From a virus: a stretch of DNA of 64,000 nucleotides. The notes below the pieces were generated by a model. It searched no databases. It had not been told where the DNA came from and saw only the letters and a list, made by a program, of their open reading frames with translations. The translations under genes and the position numbers were made by a program. Position 1 is the first letter of the stretch; every line of letters starts with the position of its first letter. The stretch is taken from IMG/VR virus record IMGVR_UViG_3300028610_001991; one strand, given 5' to 3'. Below, piece after piece: positions 20,297 through 27,838 of this stretch.

Positions 20297-20446
20297 ATGA
20301 AAAATCTACTATGTCTCTTACTCGGTCATATAATTACCAATATAGATTATATTAATTTTGAAGCCGACTGTGGTAGATGTGGTAAAAGGTTAGAGGTATC
20401 CTACGATATGTGTTACGGTGAAACTTATGTTGTAAGAGAGAAATAA
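20297..20446 (+). CDS. 49-aa Zn-finger-like protein (not in ORF track)
   Basis: MKNLLCLLLGH...DCGRCGKR; stop overlaps the udg ATG. Confidence 0.5.
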   Translation: MKNLLCLLLGHIITNIDYINFEADCGRCGKRLEVSYDMCYGETYVVREK

Positions 20447-21066
20447 TGGATAATATAATTTATGGTCCTGATTGTATACGCTGCGGACTACACCATACTA
20501 GAAAAAATGTAGTGTACGGTAAAGGTAATCTCAAAGCTAACATCTTAATGTTAGGGGAGGCACCGGGTGCCGTGGAAGATGAGCTAGGTTGGTGTTTTGC
20601 TGGTAAATCGGGAGGGTATCTTGATACAGAAGTACTTGAATACGCCAGTTTACGCTGGAATATTCCTGCAACGGCTAATGTATGGATTGATAATGTAGTT
20701 CGTTGCCGACCCATAAAATTTGAGCACGGTAAGGTTAGAAACAGACAACCAAATGGTATTGAATTACAAGCCTGCGGGGTATACACACGTAATTTAATTA
20801 GTGTAGTTAAGCCTTATTTAATTATATGTTTGGGTGCAGTACCTGCCAGGTATATCATACATTTATCAGGAGAAGATATTATATGGAGGAGAGGCGAGTT
20901 GTTTTTTTGGGAGGGTAGGGCTGTGCTGCCTTTACACCATCCTGCAAAATTCTGCTATGATTACGAGACAACCAGAAAAGAAACAAGACTCCATATAGAC
21001 AATAATAGAAAGTACATAACAATGGCTTTAAATAATATAAATATATCCCAGGAGATGATTAGATGA
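20446..21066 (+). CDS. udg: family-4 uracil-DNA glycosylase (Fe-S type)
   Basis: CIRCGL, GEAPGAVED, FAGKSG, NVVRCRP, C in ELQAC, CLG, LHHPA. Confidence 0.92.
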   Translation: MDNIIYGPDCIRCGLHHTRKNVVYGKGNLKANILMLGEAPGAVEDELGWCFAGKSGGYLDTEVLEYASLRWNIPATANVWIDNVVRCRPIKFEHGKVRNRQPNGIELQACGVYTRNLISVVKPYLIICLGAVPARYIIHLSGEDIIWRRGELFFWEGRAVLPLHHPAKFCYDYETTRKETRLHIDNNRKYITMALNNINISQEMIR

Positions 21067-21482
21067 AAAAGTTAATTATTGTAGTTTTATGTATGTGTAT
21101 GTTTTTACTTATAGCAGAAGAAAAACGAGTTATAAAGTTATTTGAAAATGGTGTGAGAGATTTTACGTATACTAACTCTTTTTGGCTTGTTTCTCCTTTT
21201 GTCTTTACTGAACTGTTAGCGGCTTATTCAGTACAGACAAACTACTTGCAAAAAAGTACAAGCCAGGATAAAATAATAAATGCTTTAATAACTCAAACTA
21301 ATTTGGATCTAAAATTAATTAGTTATACTGAAATGCAAAATAAGCAACTAAACACTGAACTTCAGAGTAAGAAACTCCAATTAGTGTTGTGGACAGGTGG
21401 AAGTTTAGTGGTAGGGATAGGATTAACTGCTTTAATATACAATATAGCAGGTAACCATATAAAATCTATTAATAAGGAGTAA
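21063..21482 (+). CDS. membrane protein with N-terminal signal/TM and C-terminal TM
   Basis: MKKLIIVVLCMCMFLLIA...LVLWTGGSLVVGIGLTALIY. Confidence 0.6.
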   Translation: MKKLIIVVLCMCMFLLIAEEKRVIKLFENGVRDFTYTNSFWLVSPFVFTELLAAYSVQTNYLQKSTSQDKIINALITQTNLDLKLISYTEMQNKQLNTELQSKKLQLVLWTGGSLVVGIGLTALIYNIAGNHIKSINKE

Positions 21483-21486
21483 GTTT

Positions 21487-22389
21487 ATGTCAGAAAATGA
21501 AGTAAAAAAAGAGGATGGATCGTCTATACCCATGGATGCAAGAATGGATATACCGGAAGACGCTCCAGGAAATTTAGAGCCGAATATACCTCAGCCTGAG
21601 CCTGAGTTCCTGCGGCCTGGTGTAAATAAGTCTGAAGGAGGTGTACCACACCCTGAGTTCCCGGCAAACGATGAAAATAAACCTGAAGAAAATATACCTC
21701 AGCCTGAGTTTACAAATGAATCAGTAGCAGCTGTACCCCCTCCCCCGCCGCCGCTAATTAATGCAGCAGAAGATAAATTTATACTGGATGAGCCTGTAGT
21801 AATAGACGACTCTGCAGTAACAAATGAATCTGTAGCAGAAGATGAACCTGCAGTAACAGGTGAACCTGTAATAACAGATGAGCCTGCAGTAACAGGTGAA
21901 CCTGTAATAACAGATGAGCCTGCAACAGGAGATGTACCGGCAGCAGGAGATGAGTTGCAAGAAGCTGATGCCCCTATCATGAGTAAAAAACAATTGCGCG
22001 GCCTTGTAAAAGAAGCAGGTATGAAAATCCCAGGATACAAAAAATTATCTGCAGAAAAATTACAGAAGGCAATTCATGAGTATGTTCCTCCGGTAGTAGT
22101 AACAGATGAGCCTACAGCAGATATTAAAGATGAAGTACCTGGCGAAGTACCTATTGAAGATACTGAAGAGGGAGCACCTAATGAAGAGCATAAAGGTAAC
22201 TCAGAAATAAGGCACCTTAAAAAAGTTGTAAGAGCAGAGTTAAGTAAAAATTACGCTGAGCGTATACTTACTGCGTTTGATACAGCACTTAAGGAAGAGA
22301 ATGATGGTTATCCGAAAAAGATATTACTTGGAGCTATAAAACATATTCTTAATCCTAAAATTGCTGCTAGTATTGCCCCTAAACTGTAA
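21487..22389 (+). CDS. acidic Pro/Glu-rich low-complexity protein with internal repeats and a HeH/Rho-N-like helical motif
   Basis: EPAVTGEPVITD repeats, poly-Pro; MSKKQLRGLVKEAGMKIPGYKKLSAEKLQKAI. Confidence 0.65.
   Translation: MSENEVKKEDGSSIPMDARMDIPEDAPGNLEPNIPQPEPEFLRPGVNKSEGGVPHPEFPANDENKPEENIPQPEFTNESVAAVPPPPPPLINAAEDKFILDEPVVIDDSAVTNESVAEDEPAVTGEPVITDEPAVTGEPVITDEPATGDVPAAGDELQEADAPIMSKKQLRGLVKEAGMKIPGYKKLSAEKLQKAIHEYVPPVVVTDEPTADIKDEVPGEVPIEDTEEGAPNEEHKGNSEIRHLKKVVRAELSKNYAERILTAFDTALKEENDGYPKKILLGAIKHILNPKIAASIAPKL
21844..21930 (+). repeat. 36-bp in-frame tandem repeat
   Basis: GA(A/G)CCTGCAGTAACAGGTGAACCTGTAATAACAGAT twice plus a partial third copy. Confidence 0.85.
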
Positions 22390-22394
22390 AGATA

Positions 22395-22643
22395 ATGAAA
22401 AAATCAATTGAGGATGTTTTAAGAAAAGAACTAGGTAGTATTCATGACTCTGGTAAGTTAAGAGATATTGTAATTATTCTTAGTGGTTTATTACTACAGG
22501 ATATGAAAGCGGTATCTGAAAAATTTACAGAACTTAAGAGACAGTTACAAGAAAGCCCTAATAAAGAAGATGCATCTTTTATACGGTTTTTAACTGTACT
22601 ACTATCTCTTGCTATAGGTAATATGGCTAAAAGAAAAAAATGA
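22395..22643 (+). CDS. hypothetical protein
   Basis: ORF in operon. Confidence 0.5.
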   Translation: MKKSIEDVLRKELGSIHDSGKLRDIVIILSGLLLQDMKAVSEKFTELKRQLQESPNKEDASFIRFLTVLLSLAIGNMAKRKK

Positions 22644-22933
22644 AAAATTATCTAGGCACTAAAGACGTATATAAGCTTTTACGCATTAGTAAATCAGCCA
22701 TTAATAACTACGTAAAAACGGGCGTATTTAAAGCAAAAAAGAAAGATCCTTTTGGAAAATCGATTAGGGTTTATACATGGGAAGATATACGGCAATTAGC
22801 TTTATTAAGGTACGGACCTATAGTTACTAAGGAATTTATAATCAAATGTCCTTACGGTACCTGTAAAAAGCCAATGAAGGTCTCGCTATTATACTTAGCA
22901 TATGAAGAATTAAAAAGTAAAAAGTATATTTAA
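22640..22933 (+). CDS. MerR/excisionase-type HTH DNA-binding protein
   Basis: YLGTKDVYKLLRISKSAINNYVKTGVFKA...RVYTWEDI. Confidence 0.75.
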   Translation: MKNYLGTKDVYKLLRISKSAINNYVKTGVFKAKKKDPFGKSIRVYTWEDIRQLALLRYGPIVTKEFIIKCPYGTCKKPMKVSLLYLAYEELKSKKYI

Positions 22934-23187
22934 TGGAGAGTAATATGGAAGATCTACAAAAACAGATTGAAGATTTAATTAATAGAAATTGTGCTGAAAA
23001 TGAGAGTAATACACCTGATTTTATTTTAGCTGAGTATCTACTCGATTGTTTAAGAACATGGAATAATACAACGAAAAAAAGAGATAAGTGGTACTCAGTT
23101 AATTTAGAGCCTGGTAATAGTAGTTTTGCTTGCTGTACCGACTCTGATAAAGCAGTTAAAAATGCCCATCATGAAGAGGTACACTAA
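22933..23187 (+). CDS. hypothetical phage protein
   Basis: LINRNCAENESNTPDFILAEYL. Confidence 0.55.
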   Translation: MESNMEDLQKQIEDLINRNCAENESNTPDFILAEYLLDCLRTWNNTTKKRDKWYSVNLEPGNSSFACCTDSDKAVKNAHHEEVH

Positions 23188-23189
23188 AA

Positions 23190-23740
23190 TATACACAAGG
23201 GCAACGATACTGACACCCTTGCAAGAAAACGGACAGTAGAGGAAAAACTTCTTCTGGTATCACGGCAGTCGAGAAGCCAAGTAAACAGAGAGGATAAAGG
23301 AGGTTAAACCCTCCTCCACGCGAGAGCCGCGTTAGGATCAACTGGTGGTTGCTGAGGGATTGCGCATAACCGATGTAATTGACTGCCACGTTTTATTATC
23401 TAGTAGAGCGGACGATATCCATCCTTACTAACGTAAGGAGACAGAGGCGAGTTCATAGAAATATGTTCCGGATTTTCTATGCTCTATAAAGATAGAGGCT
23501 TTTGTGGTTTAGCCTACTGTTCAATTAAACACTCCCTCTTCAGAAACGTGGGCTACGTTTTTGGCGGTTTTCAAGGTTTGTCTGTATCAAACCTTGGTTA
23601 TGGAAAAAGGGAGATTTGTAACTTCCTACTATGATGGCTGAGGGTGTCTTGCTGCCGGTGAGGAGTTCTGCAGAATTTCAAGACACGGATGGATCTACTG
23701 GGAAACCGGGGAGAATGCGGCCCGATGCCATGTCTTTATT
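23190..23740 (+). ncRNA. putative large multi-domain structured ncRNA (~550 nt)
   Basis: Intergenic, GC-richer than flanks, more than 12 hand-identified helices including nested long-range pairings (see findings). Confidence 0.75.
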
Positions 23741-23749
23741 TATGTTATT

Positions 23750-23992
23750 ATGATTATAAATAAGAAACGTATCTTTTGGATCTTAATATGTGGTTTGTGG
23801 GTATTTAATATTTATATGCTCTTTTTTAGAAGAACACAGCCGCAAGAACACGTTATTAAGTTTACCAATATTGAGGATTTACGAAAAGAAGATCCTGAGG
23901 ATCCTCGCATAAAAGAATTTGAAGAAATAATTGAAGAATGGAGGCCAATAATTGAATTGAATATTAGAGCATGGATTAAATCAAATGAATGA
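23750..23992 (+). CDS. small single-TM protein
   Basis: IFWILICGLWVFNIYMLFF. Confidence 0.45.
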   Translation: MIINKKRIFWILICGLWVFNIYMLFFRRTQPQEHVIKFTNIEDLRKEDPEDPRIKEFEEIIEEWRPIIELNIRAWIKSNE

Positions 23993-24012
23993 GGAAATTA
24001 TATGAGTCACAA

Positions 24013-24041
24013 TTGCTTTTACTTGATTTATGTTGTATACT
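24013..24041 (+). promoter_or_regulatory. sigma70-like promoter
   Basis: TTGCTT-17 bp-TATACT upstream of AAGGAGG RBS. Confidence 0.65.
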
Positions 24042-24067
24042 TTATTATCTTATAAAAGGAGGAAACT

Positions 24068-24226
24068 ATGACTGATGAAGAAAAAAACGATGACGCTCTG
24101 GAAGAAACTGCAGACGATACTGTAGAGGAAGGAACTACAGACGATAAGTCTGCTGACTATGATGATGAGTCTGCTGATGATGAGTCTGCTGATGATGATG
24201 ATGAATCTACAGATGATGATGAGTAA
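24068..24226 (+). CDS. 52-aa extremely acidic micropeptide (not in ORF track)
   Basis: AAAGGAGGAAACTATG; MTDEEKNDDALEETADDTVEEGTTDDKSADYDDESADDESADDDDESTDDDE. Confidence 0.75.
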   Translation: MTDEEKNDDALEETADDTVEEGTTDDKSADYDDESADDESADDDDESTDDDE

Positions 24227-24249
24227 ATAGAACAACGAGGAATAACATA

Positions 24250-24612
24250 ACATTTTTACCCAGTCGTTATAGACGTAGGTTCAAACCAAACTGGGTAAAT
24301 AAAAGCTGTGACTGAATAACTGATGTAGTGTGAGTAAGGTATATACCACCCTGAGGAAATGCAGGGTAAAAAGCTTACTTAGCTTGGTATGGTAGTTCTC
24401 TGTGGAAATTAAGGTATTCTCTTTTATAAATGGACCAATTTATAAAAGAGAAGTCGGCACGTATGGATATACTCTACTCTACCGTGTCCGTGGGGGTAAA
24501 GCCCTTCTCCATTTATTTCTGGGACGTACGCGACTTCCAGAAGGATGACTGAAAATTTAACTGCAGACTTAACTTGTAGGTAAAATGACAATCCTATCGG
24601 CTTTTTATTCTA
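24250..24612 (+). ncRNA. second putative structured ncRNA (~360 nt)
   Basis: Intergenic with multiple helices, including a perfect 15-bp inverted repeat and a closing long-range stem. Confidence 0.6.
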
Positions 24613-24628
24613 AAGGACAACACTAAAA

Positions 24629-24856
24629 ATGGAATTAATAACTTATAACAATAACAGACCTTTTATTAAAGACACAAATATATCTCTAGCAGAGATTGCT
24701 AAAAGCTTACAGGGAGAATTGTCGATCGATAACATTTTAAAATCGTTCCCTAGCTTAACCCTTAGTCAAGCAATTGTAGCTTTTCTCTTTTGGAAAAACA
24801 GTAAACATGAAAAACTGTTTACTGAAAATAGTGAAGCTGTAGCTAATATAGCTTAA
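24629..24856 (+). CDS. DUF433-domain (antitoxin-like) protein
   Basis: RPFIKDTNISLAEIAKSL...SIDNILKSFPSLTLSQA resembles the DUF433 pattern GxPxIxGTRI...EEILxxYPxLT. Confidence 0.65.
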   Translation: MELITYNNNRPFIKDTNISLAEIAKSLQGELSIDNILKSFPSLTLSQAIVAFLFWKNSKHEKLFTENSEAVANIA

Positions 24857-24883
24857 ATATATAATAAATAGGAGTAGAAAAAG

Positions 24884-25162
24884 ATGTCAGAAAACACAAA
24901 CATTTATGTCGGGAATATCCCTTATTCCGCAGACGAAGGATCGTTGAGGGAGCTATTCGTTAAACACGGAGAGGTAGAATCTGTGAAGGTAATAACTGAC
25001 AGAGATTCTGGTAAATCTAAAGGATTTGCCTTTATTAACATGATGGATGAAGAAGGAACTCAATCTGCAATTAGTAATCTACACGAATCTGATATGGACG
25101 GTAGAAAATTGGTTGTAAATATTGCCAGGCCCCGTAAACAGCAGGAAAATAGAAGCTATTAG
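24884..25162 (+). CDS. single-domain RRM RNA-binding protein
   Basis: RNP2 IYVGNI, RNP1 KGFAFINM, DRDSGKSKG, LVVNIARP. Confidence 0.95.
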   Translation: MSENTNIYVGNIPYSADEGSLRELFVKHGEVESVKVITDRDSGKSKGFAFINMMDEEGTQSAISNLHESDMDGRKLVVNIARPRKQQENRSY

Positions 25163-25373
25163 AGGCGGCATTTATCTTTAGGTAAAGAGCTTAAACCCAG
25201 CTATAAGAAATTACTCACACACAAATTTATCAAGGATATATCAAGACAGTATTACCATGTTTGCAAACATAGGTATGTACCCGGGACTATCAGATACAGC
25301 ATCTGTAAGAGTAACTGTATATGATAGTTCCGGCTGTGTTGATATGTATCTCTACATTGAGCCTACTGAATAA
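25163..25373 (+). pseudogene. start-less degenerate paralogue of the 25694-25972 gene
   Basis: Nucleotide alignment by eye with 25701-25920 (CATTTATCTTTA.GTAAAGA, TATGATAGTTCCGG, TCTACATTGAGCCTA); internal deletion. Confidence 0.75.
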
Positions 25374-25380
25374 TTATACT

Positions 25381-25471
25381 GTGGGCTTCCCCTGGCCACT
25401 GACAATGGAAGCATCTGTACGGGCAGCCATGAAGTTTCCCCAGCCCGTGAATAACCGGATATCAGGGTGGC
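25381..25471 (+). ncRNA. small structured intergenic element
   Basis: GCCACTGA(25395)/TCAGGGTGGC(25462) closing stem; ACGGGC(25419)/GCCCGT(25443) inner stem. Confidence 0.4.
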
Positions 25472-25497
25472 TTACTATATAATTATTTAGGACAGAA

Positions 25498-26640
25498 GTG
25501 AGGATTTATTTTATGAGTTGTGACCATCACATAGAAAAGAGAAATTTTATATGTATTAGGGATTCTGCTATTGTTTATAAATGTAGCTGTGGTATGTATG
25601 TTTTTAATTCTACTCCAGAGGGAGTAGTAGCTGAGGATAGTGACCGTATGACAGATACTTTGCGGAATGTGCTGCAGGCAGTAAAAGGTATGTTTGGTGG
25701 GTAGACATTTATCTTTAAGTAAAGAACTGAAACCTGGCTATAAGAAACTTCTCAAGCATAAATTTGTTAAGAACATATCCAGACAATACTACAGTGTTTG
25801 TAAACATAGATATAAATCAGGCACTATTCGTTATAAAGCGGATACATTTTCCGGGATTCGGGTAACCGGTTATGATAGTTCCGGTTGTGTTGGTATGTAT
25901 ATCTACATTGAGCCTAAAGATAAAATTGAAGATGTAAAAAGATTTATAGAAAAAGAATGGAGGGTAGTATGACTGACGAAGAAGAACAAGAAATTGCTTT
26001 TCAAAAAGAATTAGATGATAGTCCACTATCAGGTCCTCCTCAGAGTGTAAAGTGCGGTGGTAGTGGGTCCGGTTTAGCAATAGCAATAATGTTGGGAGGT
26101 ATGGCTTTAATTATATTAAAGCTGTTTTCCTGGTGATATATTCTACCCAGAGACAGGAGTATAAATGTTTAACCCAAACGGTAAACGCAAGATGTTTGAA
26201 TATATGGGAGAAAACTCAGCAGGATCGATAATAGAAGAAAGATGGATTGATGTTGAAATCCTGGACTGTGATGAGGATGAGAAAGTTTATGTAGTTCGAC
26301 ATGAGTATGGTTCAGTGGAGAAGATCGAAAAAAAGAATGGGGATGAGTATCAGTTCTATGATGAGAGGGAGGTGTAGTGGATGATAAATCTATTTTAAAA
26401 AGGGTAATTGATCGGTACTGGATCCCAAAGGTAAATATGTGTGGTGAGTATAAAGGTGTTGTAGGATTCATAGCTATAAGAAGAACTCATAATCCTAAGA
26501 AGTGGAGTTGTTATATAGCAGGGGTACCAGGCAGCGATACTGATAATGATATTTGTTTGGTGGTAGAGCACGGTACTAAGCTGCAGCCTCGTGCTGCGGT
26601 AGCTATGTTTCCGTCTCTTGATATAGCTGATTATGAGTAA
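25498..26640 (+). other. five small hypothetical ORFs (25498-25704, 25694-25972, 25969-26136 with C-terminal TM, 26165-26377, 26377-26640)
   Basis: Overlapping start/stop junctions and RBSs. Confidence 0.55.
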
Positions 26641-26724
26641 GCCAGAATGGTGGAATAGACAGATACGCTTATCTCAAAAGCAGACGGGGGTAAACTCATG
26701 CCGGTTCGAGACCGGCTCCGGGCA
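26641..26724 (+). tRNA. degenerate tRNA-Leu(CAA), probably a pseudogene
   Basis: D arm GTGGAATAGACAGATACGC, loop CTCAAAA, long variable arm, T arm GCCGG-TTCGAGA-CCGGC; mismatches in acceptor and anticodon stems; no CCA. Confidence 0.65.
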
Positions 26725-26774
26725 TATTATATTATTTCGTATTTTAACCTTCTCTTGTCAACAAGTAGTGGCTT

Positions 26775-26805
26775 GTGGGTAATATGATAGTCCCACCGGT
26801 TTTTA
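26775..26805 (+). terminator. possible intrinsic terminator at the convergence of the two gene blocks
   Basis: GTGGG...CCCAC hairpin followed by GGTTTTTAT. Confidence 0.35.
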
Positions 26806-27123
26806 TATAATTATATGTTTAATATTTCGGTTATTTACAAAATGAGCTTCGTTATAATAAGTAAATAGTTCTTTTGCGTATTTCTTCAATTGATATCTTT
26901 TATAGACATCTGTCAGTCTGCTATAAAGAAGTTTCACCTCGGAGTATGTCAATTCTTTGATGTGTCTTTTGTATATCTCTCCTGCAAGCACTTTTTCAAA
27001 TACCATATTTCTGAAATGATTGGATAATAGTTTTAAAATGAGGTTATTATTTATTTGCACGGTTTCTTCCTTTTGAAATAAAATCATCTCTATTAAATTG
27101 CTCAGGAAAATCTCTTTCAGCAT
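26803..27123 (-). CDS. hypothetical protein
   Basis: Last ORF of the minus block. Confidence 0.45.
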   Translation of the reverse strand: MLKEIFLSNLIEMILFQKEETVQINNNLILKLLSNHFRNMVFEKVLAGEIYKRHIKELTYSEVKLLYSRLTDVYKRYQLKKYAKELFTYYNEAHFVNNRNIKHIII

Positions 27124-27838
27124 TATACTTTAATCGAAACTTTTCATAGGAATCTTTACTGTTAATATAATCGTACACATATGTTTTGTAAGAATCTCTT
27201 TTATATTTAAGTCTTTTTATATGAGTAAAGTCCTTTTTATTAAATAGATCAGGAAAATCTATTTCAGCATTATGCTTTAAACAAATCTTCTCAACCCTAT
27301 CAGAACTTTTACGATAATCAGTCGTGTATTTTTTATAACTACTTCTTTTATGTTTAAGTCTTTTTATATGAGTAAAATCGTCTTTATTAAATAAATCAGG
27401 AAAATCTCTTTTCGCAGCTCTTCTATACCCTATAGTCTCAAGCATTGTAGTTGAATTTTTATATGCTTGTTTATATTCTTCGTAAGTATCTTTAACATAT
27501 TTACGTAAATAGTTAAAATCATTTGTATTAAACTGATCAGGGAAATCTTTCTTAGCATTATCTTTTAGAGAACTTCGTTCACTATACTTAATACTCTTAT
27601 TATAATCTATAACGTATTTTATATAAAAATCCCTTTTATGTTGTCCTTTATTTGCCCACAATTTAAACTCGTTTGTAATTAATCTTTTTAGATATTTGAA
27701 AGAAAGTATATGATTCTTATTTAACATAGCTTCTGATTTATTCCGAGGTACAGTATAATTGACAAGATTATGTGAGTATTTAATTAAATTAGTTATATAT
27801 ACTAATGATTTCTTATCTTCTTTATTAAACTGTCGCAT
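27047..27838 (-). CDS. basic protein with four ~45-aa tandem repeats (A-x-x-DFP-x-x-FN-x-x-DF)
   Basis: NAKKDFPDQFNTNDF, AAKRDFPDLFNKDDF, NAEIDFPDLFNKKDF, NAERDFPEQFNRDDF. Confidence 0.75.
   Translation of the reverse strand: MRQFNKEDKKSLVYITNLIKYSHNLVNYTVPRNKSEAMLNKNHILSFKYLKRLITNEFKLWANKGQHKRDFYIKYVIDYNKSIKYSERSSLKDNAKKDFPDQFNTNDFNYLRKYVKDTYEEYKQAYKNSTTMLETIGYRRAAKRDFPDLFNKDDFTHIKRLKHKRSSYKKYTTDYRKSSDRVEKICLKHNAEIDFPDLFNKKDFTHIKRLKYKRDSYKTYVYDYINSKDSYEKFRLKYNAERDFPEQFNRDDFISKGRNRANK

Noticed and set aside
21699-22040. Minus-strand ORFs 21699-22040 and 21754-21993 with repetitive Cys/Tyr or Ser/Thr content
   Set aside because: Shadow frames of the tandem repeat in 21487-22389
23156-23389. 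Minus-strand 77-aa ORF
   Set aside because: Antisense to the gene block, no RBS, lies within the structured RNA
23190-23740. RNase P RNA (GAGGAAA near the 5' end, AGAATGCGGC near the 3' end)
   Set aside because: The two segments cannot form P4; there is no GAGGAAAGTCC
24050-24253. Minus-strand 67-aa hydrophobic ORF
   Set aside because: Reverse complement of the acidic micropeptide, which has the promoter and RBS
23190-24612. Group I/II intron or retron msr-msd
   Set aside because: No interrupted gene, no domain V or P/Q/R/S consensus found, and no reverse transcriptase in the window
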